The notes beneath the pieces were generated by a model, which was not told where the DNA came from, searched no databases, and was given only the letters and a program-made list of their open reading frames with translations. From IMG/VR virus record IMGVR_UViG_3300037515_000879, positions 1-64,000 of that record: 64,000 bases of DNA. One strand, written 5' to 3'. Of this stretch, positions 1 through 9,242 are shown piece after piece (position 1 is the first letter of the stretch; each line of letters opens with the position of its first letter). The position numbers were made by a program, and so were the translations under genes. Source of the stretch: a virus. Its lineage: Duplodnaviria; Caudoviricetes.

Positions 1-540
1 TTGGTCTATTTGTATTCCTATCTTTTGTACTCCTATATTTATAGTATTAGAAGCACCATCTATTTGAATAGGAGTTTTCCAACTACCTCCAACATTATTG
101 GTATAAAATAATGTTCTATAAGCAGTACCCATATTGGTTACATCATCAACATAAATAACGTGCCATTTACCTGCACTATCTACAGCTATATCATAATCAA
201 GAGAAGAAGGTAAAGAATTATAAGTTGCAACAGTTTCATTGGATGCAGAACCATTTTCTAGAATTTTATATAATTCAAGAGTGGTGGTCATACCACTTAC
301 AAATTCTATAAGAAACCCTATTTGAGTAGAAGATAAAGTGATTAAATTTGTAACATTTAAAGTTGTATATAAGTCAGAGAATGAGGTTGGGGAAATTCCA
401 TTGCCTACTAAAATTCTTCTAAAATGACCAATACTATCTCTCCAAGATGTAACCACAGGAATTCCTGTAGCAAATCTTAAAGGATTTTTAGCCACCCTTA
501 ATTCAGCTGCTGCTCCAAACGAAGAAACTAATACACTCAT
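1..540 (-). CDS. Partial ORF running off the left edge; beta-rich, possible beta-propeller tail-associated protein
   Basis: Not in the ORF track. ATG at 540 and 180 open codons to position 1 (MSVLVSSFGAAAELRVAKNP...DIAVDSAGKWHVIYVDD...YTNNVGGSWKTPIQID). The SW-containing segment resembles a BNR/Asp-box. Confidence 0.75.
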   Translation of the reverse strand, partial: MSVLVSSFGAAAELRVAKNPLRFATGIPVVTSWRDSIGHFRRILVGNGISPTSFSDLYTTLNVTNLITLSSTQIGFLIEFVSGMTTTLELYKILENGSASNETVATYNSLPSSLDYDIAVDSAGKWHVIYVDDVTNMGTAYRTLFYTNNVGGSWKTPIQIDGASNTINIGVQKIGIQIDQ

Positions 541-543
541 AGT

Positions 544-1125
544 TTATTTAATTATTACACTACTACCGTTTATTGTAGAAAATTCAGTATTTACATTCCA
601 ATTAAAACTATCAACCCACTTAATTAAGTCTTTACTATTATAGAAATTAGGATTCTCATTTTCATTAATAATATGAAATTGATTCATAGATATTCTATTT
701 AATTGAATAGTTAAGTCAGTTAGTTCTTTATCAGAAAAACAACACAACACATTCATAGAAACAACCAAGTCAAATTCTTTATCTTTATAATCTTGTAGTT
801 TATTTCTAACATCTGCTAATTCAAGATACGAACTAATATCAGGATTAGCTTTACTTAAAGCATAAGTGGAAACATCTACGCCAAAAGCTTTTACTCCCAA
901 AAACCTTAAATCTTCTACTAAAAACCCTTTAGCACATCCTATGTCCAACACTTTCTTTCCCTCTAAACTAAATCTACCAACCAAATCTTTAGCTATATCT
1001 AAAAAGTTATTAGATTCATTTCTATACCATCTTTCATAAGTATCATAACCAGCGTTATGTTTCATGCTTTGATATTTACCATCAAAGTATGAAGCGTTAT
1101 ACTCATTTGGTTTTAGTAATGGCAT
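544..1125 (-). CDS. Class I SAM-dependent methyltransferase
   Basis: Motif I VLDIGCAKGFL, GVDVS, and FDLVVSMNVL. Confidence 0.85.
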   Translation of the reverse strand: MPLLKPNEYNASYFDGKYQSMKHNAGYDTYERWYRNESNNFLDIAKDLVGRFSLEGKKVLDIGCAKGFLVEDLRFLGVKAFGVDVSTYALSKANPDISSYLELADVRNKLQDYKDKEFDLVVSMNVLCCFSDKELTDLTIQLNRISMNQFHIINENENPNFYNSKDLIKWVDSFNWNVNTEFSTINGSSVIIK

Positions 1126-1211
1126 AACTGTATTTTAAAATTATTAATTATCATAAGGTTTCCCATTAGGACGCAAATGTGTGTCTCTATATCTCTTTCT
1201 GCTTTGTTTTA

Positions 1212-1427
1212 TTATTCTATAATACCTAGATTATTCTTTATTTCGAATTGAAGCAATCTCACTTTTCTCTTTAGATTTTCACAAAGATCTTTCTTTTCTT
1301 GTACTTCTTTGCTAATCTCTAAAAATTCTTCACTAATATTAAAATCCAGTCTTTCTGGTAATTTAGGAGTTTTAGTGAACAGTAAAATCACTACCAATAA
1401 AATAATATAACTAATTAGAGTTTTCAT
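1212..1427 (-). CDS. Small membrane-anchored coiled-coil protein, possible lysis accessory
   Basis: N-terminal hydrophobic stretch LISYIILLVVILLF followed by a charged helix; overlaps the upstream ORF. Confidence 0.5.
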   Translation of the reverse strand: MKTLISYIILLVVILLFTKTPKLPERLDFNISEEFLEISKEVQEKKDLCENLKRKVRLLQFEIKNNLGIIE

Positions 1428-1737
1428 CCGTAATTGATTTTAATTTTTCTGTATCAAATAATAGACGTCTTATTTCTTTCTCATTTTCTTTAAGATAGTT
1501 AAAAAACATCGCATTACATTCATCCAGCCTTTTTTCATAAAAACTATTAACAATATTAAGTCTATTGTTATAGTCAGTATTAAGGTTATTAATTTCATTT
1601 TTGAGGTCTTTTTTTGTATTTTGATCTGCCATTATGATAACTACCAGAAAAACAATTACAAAACCCAAAAGAATGTTATACCGTGTTCTTAAATCGGATT
1701 TCGCCCAAGTTTGTATGTTATCAAAAATTCTACTCAA
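1411..1737 (-). CDS. Single-TM coiled-coil protein, possible holin/spanin-like lysis accessory
   Basis: One TM segment ILLGFVIVFLVVIIMA followed by a long heptad-like region. Confidence 0.5.
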   Translation of the reverse strand: MSRIFDNIQTWAKSDLRTRYNILLGFVIVFLVVIIMADQNTKKDLKNEINNLNTDYNNRLNIVNSFYEKRLDECNAMFFNYLKENEKEIRRLLFDTEKLKSITDENSN

Positions 1738-1798
1738 AATATTGATTAATATTATAATCCCTCTAATTTGCCACTATTGTCAGAGCGTGGCCTTCTTT

Positions 1799-2350
1799 TT
1801 AATCGGTCGTCATTATAACGCCTGCACTATTTTTAAAAAGTCCATAGACACCATTGGCTTTTGCATCTGCTTTCGTTTCAAATATTGGAAGCCCGTTGAG
1901 GTTTAACCAATTGTTGTTACCGATTATTTTTTTATAGCTTCCCTCATCAGATGCAATCTCAAAATTTGAACTGTTTGGGTTTGCGTCTAAAAACAATCTC
2001 GTACCACGCCCTGTATTGGCATTTGACACCGTTGCGAGCCAATCTCTATCACTTGTTTCTTCAAAAAATCTGTAATTTCCAATCTCCGATCTGTTGCTTT
2101 CGCGCCGCATGTAATAATAATTCGTAAAGTACATATAGGCATTGTTGTCAAATGTTACCTCTGCAAAGTTCTTGAACATCAATTTATTTCCTGCCCCATC
2201 TATGATTATATCAGCGGTTGCCGTTCCGCCGTTAAAGAAGTTTGATGGCTTGCCTTTAATATTTGCCGTTAAAAACGATGCGTTTGAATCCATTGTGTCA
2301 TTGGTGCATGACACTATTATAACCATTAATATTAAAATTGTTGTTTTCAT
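1799..2350 (-). CDS. Lipoprotein with a tail-fibre-like C-terminus
   Basis: Likely start MKTTILILMVIIVS-C (lipobox) at 2350. The C-terminal LPIFETKADAKANGVYGLFKNSAGVI resembles fibre-tip motifs. Confidence 0.6.
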   Translation of the reverse strand: MKTTILILMVIIVSCTNDTMDSNASFLTANIKGKPSNFFNGGTATADIIIDGAGNKLMFKNFAEVTFDNNAYMYFTNYYYMRRESNRSEIGNYRFFEETSDRDWLATVSNANTGRGTRLFLDANPNSSNFEIASDEGSYKKIIGNNNWLNLNGLPIFETKADAKANGVYGLFKNSAGVIMTTD

Positions 2351-2387
2351 CTTTATTGTTTTTAAGTTATTCATTTATTTGTTAATT

Positions 2388-3734
2388 TTATAAAGGTGTC
2401 ATAGTTTCCCTTTCATATCTGGTTAAATTTCCTGACATATTGTATAAATCGGCATCTACATAATTGAGGCTCATATCCACATAATAAGTCAAAGGCAATC
2501 TGTTTATTTTGTAAGCAAAATCAAATTCACTTCTTAATAGGGTCATTGGATAACCAGCCCAACCATTATTGAACAATAATTCAACTTCAAACGACGTTAA
2601 TTGCCTTGAAATTTTGTGAAGATTATCAAAATGACCGCTAAAATATTTAGTATCATTAATATCTTTCCCAATCAATAAATCTGTTGTGTTTATGGTTGTT
2701 CCTGTTAATGTGCCGACACTATTATCTATCATTGACACGCTCGACGAAAGTGTTTTTGAATCCTTGTCACCCAAATCAATTGTTACAACATTTGAACTTG
2801 TCTTGTTTACATTAAAAAATGTCCATTTGTTTAATGGAAGTTCTGTTACGGTGTTGTAATCAACACTATTTCCTGAATCATCAAAAATCTGAAATTGTAA
2901 AGTTGGCCCAGTTGTTCCAGATTTTAATTTAATGTACCAGCCCTGACTATCGACTGTTTCTATGGCCGCAATAAACACTTGTGTTGCATTTGCGGTTGGA
3001 TAAATCCAACCATGAACACTTTCATTATTCGACTTATCCATTGTTTGCGCTGAGTGAAATAGGGCTTGAGCATATTGGTCAGTGCCATTGTAGAGCTGTG
3101 TGCATTTTGGAATCCATCCAAAAACAGTTCTCTCAACATTCACAATAGTATTTTGAATCGAATTGGAGAACATCAGATTGGAAGGCAAATCCTTGACTGA
3201 TTTTATAATTGTCAACCTTACAAAATCACCAGTCGACAATGAAAAAGGTAAGGTTTCTGTGGCAAAACCACTTCCCGTATCAATGTCTAAAACATAACTT
3301 TCTACGTTATTATTTTCAGCAACTTTATTATAGTTTCCAGAGGCATTATCTTGGACTTCATAAAGATAGACTTCAGTATCATAATTTGTTGTTTTGTCAT
3401 CAAATGTAGCTCCATTGTAACTGAAGTTTATAGCCTTGTTCTTCAACCCTCTTTTACTATTGGAAAGTATTACCCTAGACTCCACCCATTGTGTGTCTCG
3501 TTCTATGTCTATCATGAAGGTGTCTCCTATTTTAAGGTTGAAAGGTAAAACTACTGGAAGGTCATTAATATAATATAGTATCTCCGAAGTGTTAATTTCA
3601 TCTACGGTATCATAATATCCTTCTGTTTTTTCGTTTACTGTTATATACTCCTCGTTTCCGTCTTGTGTCTGGATGACCAAATCAATGACGTTGACCGATT
3701 CTACATAAGGCCTGTGGTATCTTATTAAGCTCAT
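2388..3734 (-). CDS. Tail/receptor-binding protein with C-terminal LamG (ConA-like) domain
   Basis: SVHGWIYP...NKWTFF...LLIGK...FSGHFDNLHKISRQLT is the LamG pattern. The N-terminal half has a tandem duplication (LPFNLKIGD / LPFSLSTGD). Confidence 0.75.
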   Translation of the reverse strand: MSLIRYHRPYVESVNVIDLVIQTQDGNEEYITVNEKTEGYYDTVDEINTSEILYYINDLPVVLPFNLKIGDTFMIDIERDTQWVESRVILSNSKRGLKNKAINFSYNGATFDDKTTNYDTEVYLYEVQDNASGNYNKVAENNNVESYVLDIDTGSGFATETLPFSLSTGDFVRLTIIKSVKDLPSNLMFSNSIQNTIVNVERTVFGWIPKCTQLYNGTDQYAQALFHSAQTMDKSNNESVHGWIYPTANATQVFIAAIETVDSQGWYIKLKSGTTGPTLQFQIFDDSGNSVDYNTVTELPLNKWTFFNVNKTSSNVVTIDLGDKDSKTLSSSVSMIDNSVGTLTGTTINTTDLLIGKDINDTKYFSGHFDNLHKISRQLTSFEVELLFNNGWAGYPMTLLRSEFDFAYKINRLPLTYYVDMSLNYVDADLYNMSGNLTRYERETMTPL

Positions 3735-6700
3735 GGCAGTATTGAATTTCCATCGTTTTCAAATTCGTATATTTTCTCTATTTCTGAAATTGTAAAAAGC
3801 CTGTCTTTCCAAACATGAAACTCGTCAAAATCTCCATTAAATACTCCCGTCCCATCATGTCTCCTACCTATATAGATATCGGTTGCTTTGTTGGACATAC
3901 CAGTATATGTACCAGTCAAAGATTTTGTGTCCGATACATCTACTGCGTTTCTATAAATAAACAACCCATCCTTGTTGCCAGAGCCTGTGTATAGGAATGC
4001 AAAATGGTATGCAACCCCAGACGACAACCCTGATAGGCTTGTTGTTACCTGAATAAAATTACTAGGAGCGGTGTAAAGTATCATTTGTAAAGTATTACCG
4101 TTTCGATTGAATATATATTCGAAATTTGTTCCCGAATCCCGCTTTTCCATGAAATATACAAGTCCCGTGAAGCTATCAAATGTAATCCATGAAGTAACAA
4201 GAAAAGGAACGTCGCTCCCATCTGTAAAACTAAAATCATTGGAATCAGGCACAACTATACCTCCTGTTGCACCATTAAAAGAGGCTTGATTTCCTACTTT
4301 TCCTAATACAAATGTGATATCTGTGTCAACACCATCATTATTTCCAGTATAATCCGAAACGTCAGATTCAAAAGCGTAAGAGGCAACCAGATTAATTGTC
4401 AATATTTCCTCCATTACCCTATCTGTTATCATTATTGAAATGTCGCTGCCGTTATACATTATAGAAGCCAACCCGTCGCCTGTTCCGTTATAATCATTCA
4501 CATCGATTGAAACATCTTTTGTCTTACATAAAAATAATGGAATGTAACCATTAAAATAAGCTGTTAGAACAGTTCCCGCTACAGCACCAGCAGGGTCAAG
4601 AATGATATTGCCAGAAGTTAGAGGTGTAACTCTGTTGTAAAATGCATCTCCTGTAAAAACAAAAGTGGTTCCTGTTTTGTCTGTTGTTGATGACCCGCCG
4701 CTAGGTCTAGGCTCCCATGTATAATCTGCTTCCGTTCCTACGGTCGTGCCCAAATATTTGGCCCAAACTATTCCGCTTGTAATTCCCGTAAACCCTGAAC
4801 CGTCAGTTACCTCATAGACGTAATTTAGAATCTGTGAACCTTGACCTGCAATGAGAGCAGCTAAATCTGTGTAGGTTGTAGGTATTGGTGCTGTTCCACT
4901 TCCTGCCAAAGCCGTTCCATCAGCCCTTAAATAACCTGTACACCTAAAATCACCAGCAGCATATTCCAAAAATTCAGCTTCGTCCCCTGCCTGTGTAACA
5001 ATGTTTGCGCCTGTTGGCAAAATCAAATCTGTTGCGTGGTGTGTAAGTGTTAATACATCATCAAAACGCAGCTTAATGACCGTTCCAACTTTGCCAGTGG
5101 TGTTTATAGAGGTTATCGTTGTGGTCCCTGTAACGTTAAAAGAATTGCCATCTTGGAGTATGGGCAAAGCACCTGCACTTGCCACATCTGCTCCTTTTGA
5201 CAATTGGAGCATGAAACTATTGGTGTCGTAAACACCTCCTGATTGTGGTGTCAGGTCTTCTACAACGTTTTGAAGACCACTTCCATCAACTGTTGTACTT
5301 ATCAATCTCCATCTAGTTGTAACTCCATCATATCTCATGAATAATGATTCATCTGAAGCTAGTGTAACACCAAATTGGAATCTATTAGCTGCTGTTGAAG
5401 AAGCATTTTCTTCTGAAAATACTAAATTATTACTTCCAATATTATGAATAATCATACACCTTCCATCCGTTCCACCAGCTAATCCAGTAAGTGTTCTAGA
5501 AGCATCTGTGTCCAATCTTAATACAGCAGCATCAATTAATTCACTTGGATTATAATTGTTTTGATCTGCTGTTATTTGAGCAGGTGTGAGGTCATTTGTA
5601 TAAAAGAAAGCATCCCCCATCCAGCTTCCATCATTATCAATATTATTTCGTATTCTAAAAGCACCAGAAGAAGAACCTCTTAAAAAACCACCAGTAACAC
5701 CTGAAATATATAAATCATTATCTGCTATTAATGTATAGTCACTTGCACTTCCATAAACCTCTAGACCATAACTATGTCTATTAGCAGCAATTCCCCTTCT
5801 AACAGTATTATTTGTAATCTTTCCACCGTGTAGATTTAAAGCTAAAATACCTGAATAAGTGTTATCTAAGGATGTTCCACAGTCAGAAACATTATTTCCA
5901 TGTATGGAACACCCTCCACTATCTTCCAACCAAATACCTTCCTCACCACAATTTACAACAACATTATTTGCAATAGTAGTATGTTGTACAAAAGCTGAAA
6001 ATATACCATTTTGAAAAGAACCCTCAATATAATTGTTTATGATTACAAGGTCCGTACTTGATGCTTCACCATTCGCTGATATTCCATCTATTGTGTTTGT
6101 ATATCTACAATGATTTCCGTCAACAACAACCCTTCTAGGATAGTCAAATTGCATATGATATTCACTCTGTCCAGTAAATTGATTACCTATAATATGAATA
6201 TCTTGTGCATAAGATATAAATATAGCTGCTAAACTACCATGAAACTGGTTTCCTTTTATAAGGACATGTGAAGTTCTTAATTCTCCAGAAGTTCTTGTAA
6301 GGGTAATAGCATCTTGATTACAATTTAAAAACTCACATCCAGTAATTATACAGTTATGACAATCTATTAATTTTATAGATGTACTTTCAAAATCATTAAA
6401 ATAAACATTTTCAAATTTAATACCAGGCACTCCAGTTATCCAAGTGCCAGATCCAACATTTGTAAGATGAAACCCAAAAGCGGTTGTAGTACCTTGAATT
6501 TGTAAATCCTTTATTATTATATTACTACCACCTGAATTTAAAAACATGGTATTAGTAGTAATTTGAGCAGGCTCATAAGTACCTGTCATTGTAGTTGAGG
6601 TAACTATAGTTTGTTTACCAGATCCTTGTAAAGTTTTATTTGAAGGAATATCAATAGTTGTTGCTATATCAAAAGTACCTTCTGTCAATTGTACATTTCC

Positions 6701-6937
6701 TAAAGTAAGGGCCGCTTCTATTTCAACCTCGTCATTTGTTCCATCACAAATATAATCTGCTCTGTTCTTAATGGTAGTTGGAGCATCTGAAGCGGCAACA
6801 GTAAAAAATGCATTAGCAACAAGTCCGCCTTTAGAATAAAGTTCTGTAAAATTCTCATTAATAGCTTGTCCGCCCTGACGGAGCTTAGTTCCTGTTCCAT
6901 CATTAGGTGTCGTTCCTAAATCTAAAATTTGTTGCAT
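3731..6937 (-). CDS. Tail spike/fibre: T4 gp9/gp10-like N-terminus, parallel beta-helix (depolymerase-like), C-terminal LamG
   Basis: N-terminus LGTTPNDGTGTKLRQGGQAINENFTELY; ADYICDGTNDEVEIEAAL; repeated I.GN.F / I.NN.I beta-helix rungs; C-terminal FNGDFDEFHVWKDRLFTISEI. Confidence 0.85.
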   Translation of the reverse strand: MQQILDLGTTPNDGTGTKLRQGGQAINENFTELYSKGGLVANAFFTVAASDAPTTIKNRADYICDGTNDEVEIEAALTLGNVQLTEGTFDIATTIDIPSNKTLQGSGKQTIVTSTTMTGTYEPAQITTNTMFLNSGGSNIIIKDLQIQGTTTAFGFHLTNVGSGTWITGVPGIKFENVYFNDFESTSIKLIDCHNCIITGCEFLNCNQDAITLTRTSGELRTSHVLIKGNQFHGSLAAIFISYAQDIHIIGNQFTGQSEYHMQFDYPRRVVVDGNHCRYTNTIDGISANGEASSTDLVIINNYIEGSFQNGIFSAFVQHTTIANNVVVNCGEEGIWLEDSGGCSIHGNNVSDCGTSLDNTYSGILALNLHGGKITNNTVRRGIAANRHSYGLEVYGSASDYTLIADNDLYISGVTGGFLRGSSSGAFRIRNNIDNDGSWMGDAFFYTNDLTPAQITADQNNYNPSELIDAAVLRLDTDASRTLTGLAGGTDGRCMIIHNIGSNNLVFSEENASSTAANRFQFGVTLASDESLFMRYDGVTTRWRLISTTVDGSGLQNVVEDLTPQSGGVYDTNSFMLQLSKGADVASAGALPILQDGNSFNVTGTTTITSINTTGKVGTVIKLRFDDVLTLTHHATDLILPTGANIVTQAGDEAEFLEYAAGDFRCTGYLRADGTALAGSGTAPIPTTYTDLAALIAGQGSQILNYVYEVTDGSGFTGITSGIVWAKYLGTTVGTEADYTWEPRPSGGSSTTDKTGTTFVFTGDAFYNRVTPLTSGNIILDPAGAVAGTVLTAYFNGYIPLFLCKTKDVSIDVNDYNGTGDGLASIMYNGSDISIMITDRVMEEILTINLVASYAFESDVSDYTGNNDGVDTDITFVLGKVGNQASFNGATGGIVVPDSNDFSFTDGSDVPFLVTSWITFDSFTGLVYFMEKRDSGTNFEYIFNRNGNTLQMILYTAPSNFIQVTTSLSGLSSGVAYHFAFLYTGSGNKDGLFIYRNAVDVSDTKSLTGTYTGMSNKATDIYIGRRHDGTGVFNGDFDEFHVWKDRLFTISEIEKIYEFENDGNSILP

Positions 6938-6972
6938 ATTTTCATTTTTAATTTATTAATTAATCAAAACAC

Positions 6973-6997
6973 TAAAACCCCAACTTTCGTTGAGGTC
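6973..6997 (-). terminator. Intrinsic terminator
   Basis: Minus strand ACCUCAAC-GAAA-GUUGGGGU followed by UUUU. Confidence 0.65.
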
Positions 6998-7021
6998 AAT
7001 TTATTTTCGTTTTAAGCTGAA

Positions 7022-7474
7022 TTAGTCTTCGTTAACGTCTAATGCGCCTATTGCGAATTCTGGAGTGATACCGTTACTGACAGCTAAATCGGAAGTCAAT
7101 TGGCCCCAATATAACCTATGAGAGTCTGTGCCGGTTGAATTATCCTTCCAAATGGCAAAATAACGGAGATTTTCAGATCCAGCAGTACAAGCACCAAAAG
7201 TGATGGCGGCAGTATTGGATGCATTGTTTCCAGCAATGGTCCAACCACCAGCAGTTCTTGCCACAGCAACACCACCGGCAACATAACCGGTATAAGCGGC
7301 CTCTGTTCCGATTGTGGAATCATTGACAACAACAGCATCCGTATAGAGCCTGATATAAAAGTTTCCAGCAGAACCAGATCCTTGAATCCCTGTGGCATCA
7401 CCAATATTGGCAATATTGGAATTATTGAACAATAGTGTTAACAAGTCGGTTTCGAAAGCATTTCCTTTACTCAT
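7022..7474 (-). CDS. Conserved phage virion/tail-associated protein
   Basis: MSKGNAFETDLLTLLFN...TEAAYTGY...VAVARTAGGW...AITFGACT...GITPEF...LDVNED is a pattern recurrent in phage tail modules. Confidence 0.7.
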   Translation of the reverse strand: MSKGNAFETDLLTLLFNNSNIANIGDATGIQGSGSAGNFYIRLYTDAVVVNDSTIGTEAAYTGYVAGGVAVARTAGGWTIAGNNASNTAAITFGACTAGSENLRYFAIWKDNSTGTDSHRLYWGQLTSDLAVSNGITPEFAIGALDVNED

Positions 7475-7501
7475 GATAATAGATTTAGAGAGTTATATAC
7501 T

Positions 7502-7509
7502 CAAAGTTA
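7502..7509 (-). promoter_or_regulatory. Bacteroidota-type -7 promoter box
   Basis: TAACTTTG matches TAnnTTTG, about 28 nt before the ATG at 7474. Confidence 0.5.
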
Positions 7510-7512
7510 ATA

Positions 7513-7743
7513 TTAATTTTTTAAAACGATAATAATTTGAGGATTGCTTATTGGTGAGTCTGGGTTTACCATTAATGTGGCACCATATTTTTTTAATATG
7601 ATATCTATCTCTTGCTTGCATTTTCTTCTTGCAAGGTTTTCTGCCAACAATCTTTGTATAGCAAATTGATCCTCTTGTAGCAATTCGTTGTTTTCAACAG
7701 GAGCTACATTTTCTTTTTCTTCTACTGTTTTTTGTTTGTCCAT
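7513..7743 (-). CDS. Small hypothetical protein, possible fibre chaperone
   Basis: Fits tightly in the tail operon; helical and charged. Confidence 0.55.
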   Translation of the reverse strand: MDKQKTVEEKENVAPVENNELLQEDQFAIQRLLAENLARRKCKQEIDIILKKYGATLMVNPDSPISNPQIIIVLKN

Positions 7744-7773
7744 GTTTTTAAAATTTATATAAATATAATAAAA

Positions 7774-8091
7774 TTATACTGATACAAGGTCTCCTTGAAT
7801 TGTTGCCATACCATTGGACTCTCCAGATATTGGAGAGGTAATAACTCCTGAAAGCATTCCTAAAACTGTTGCTGTTCCATTGGCGCCATTTCCACCCCCA
7901 GTTCCAATTAACATATGTGTTGCCATTGTAACATTTGATATACCATTGGAAACCCCAAACATTGCGTTCATTGCAAATTGATATGTAAGTGTTCCCGATA
8001 CATTTCCAACTCCAGTAATGGAACTTCTTATCTTTGGAACAAACTGTTCTTCAGATACTATGGAATTAAGATTTTGGTTTAAAAAATACAT
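7774..8091 (-). CDS. Gly-rich tail-associated protein
   Basis: Repeated G..NG.[AS]T[VI].G.L units; a similar unit ends the upstream ORF. Confidence 0.6.
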   Translation of the reverse strand: MYFLNQNLNSIVSEEQFVPKIRSSITGVGNVSGTLTYQFAMNAMFGVSNGISNVTMATHMLIGTGGGNGANGTATVLGMLSGVITSPISGESNGMATIQGDLVSV

Positions 8092-8092
8092 A

Positions 8093-9190
8093 TTATGTGT
8101 TTACGGTCATTGATGATGTTCCATTTATTGTTCCTTGTAATAATCCAATAATATTTGTTGTAAATTGAATTTCGTTACTGAATTCAGAAAGATTATAATA
8201 ATAATCAAAAGTTTTCAATTTCACAATATAGGTGGTTCCTTGCTGAAGTCCTGTTATGATGTGTCCAGATCCCAAAGCTTCAGAATGTGGCATATATTTT
8301 TGCCAACGATCATAACCTGTGGTATTGATATCATGAATCCAAATTTCATATCCTTCTATTGAATTTACATTTACTGAAGGAATACTAAATACAAGTTCTG
8401 CCGTTGTGGTTCCCTGATTCACGGCCAAATCATTGACAGGATTTGGAACAAGCATATTTTCAACCCAACGGATTTCACATCCTCGATTTCTCCAATAGGT
8501 AACATGTTTGTTTTCATTTCCCTGATTGTAATAGCTCATTTCTTTTGAAAGATAAAATATACAAGCAGGATTTACATTTGTAAATATGTATGATTCATGA
8601 TTGGCATTTAATGTCTTTATACGTGGAAAAACAACCCTTCTAATTAAAGTTTGATTAACGAAATTCCTTCTTGCTTGGAGCTGTAATGTCAATCGTGTTA
8701 GTTTTGGAGCATAGAGAATATCAAGCTTATTTGTTACAGACGCTGAATTCCATATATAATTTTGATTATTTCCTTCTCCTGTCCAATAAGGTAAATAAAG
8801 ATAGCCTCTTGTCTGTACATTATTTAATGTAACATAGCCACTTGGTCCTTGCCAAAGTTTTGTTCTTGGAATCCAAAAACGATAAATTTTAGTATTTCTA
8901 AAAACACCTTGATTACTGTTTATTGAACATTTTTCTCCTTCATCATAGTAATAGGTTACTTCAGTTCCAGCAAAAGCATTGAGTGCTGCAATGCCATAGT
9001 CATGACGCTTATAAAATGAAACTTCATTATCTGGACCATCAGACCTATATCTTTTCAGTGAAATTGCGGTAACTCCCAATTGTCCAGTAATACCAGAGGT
9101 TGAGGTAGGATAATTTAACCCAAGTCCACCAATAAAAGTATTTGGTTTTGGAAACGCTTTTCGTTTCAATATTCGTCCTATTGCTCCCAT
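8093..9190 (-). CDS. Solenoid/LRR-like protein with C-terminal fibronectin type III domain
   Basis: FN3 pattern PNPVNDLAV...IEGYEIW...ITGLQQGTTYIVKLKTFD...SEFSNEIQFTT. N-terminus PNTFIGG. Confidence 0.65.
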   Translation of the reverse strand: MGAIGRILKRKAFPKPNTFIGGLGLNYPTSTSGITGQLGVTAISLKRYRSDGPDNEVSFYKRHDYGIAALNAFAGTEVTYYYDEGEKCSINSNQGVFRNTKIYRFWIPRTKLWQGPSGYVTLNNVQTRGYLYLPYWTGEGNNQNYIWNSASVTNKLDILYAPKLTRLTLQLQARRNFVNQTLIRRVVFPRIKTLNANHESYIFTNVNPACIFYLSKEMSYYNQGNENKHVTYWRNRGCEIRWVENMLVPNPVNDLAVNQGTTTAELVFSIPSVNVNSIEGYEIWIHDINTTGYDRWQKYMPHSEALGSGHIITGLQQGTTYIVKLKTFDYYYNLSEFSNEIQFTTNIIGLLQGTINGTSSMTVNT

Positions 9191-9191
9191 A

Positions 9192-9236
9192 TTATTTTAA
9201 TCCAGGTGGCTTTGGTTTAGTTTTTGATTCTTTCAT
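9192..9236 (-). CDS. Candidate 14-aa micro-ORF (MKESKTKPKPPGLK)
   Basis: Fills the 52-nt gap between the stop at 9243 and the ATG at 9190; A-rich context ataaattATG. Confidence 0.35.
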   Translation of the reverse strand: MKESKTKPKPPGLK

Positions 9237-9242
9237 AATTTA

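Noticed and set aside
1212-1737. Two-component spanin call
   Set aside because: Neither ORF has a lipobox Cys after its hydrophobic segment, so they are kept only as possible lysis accessories.
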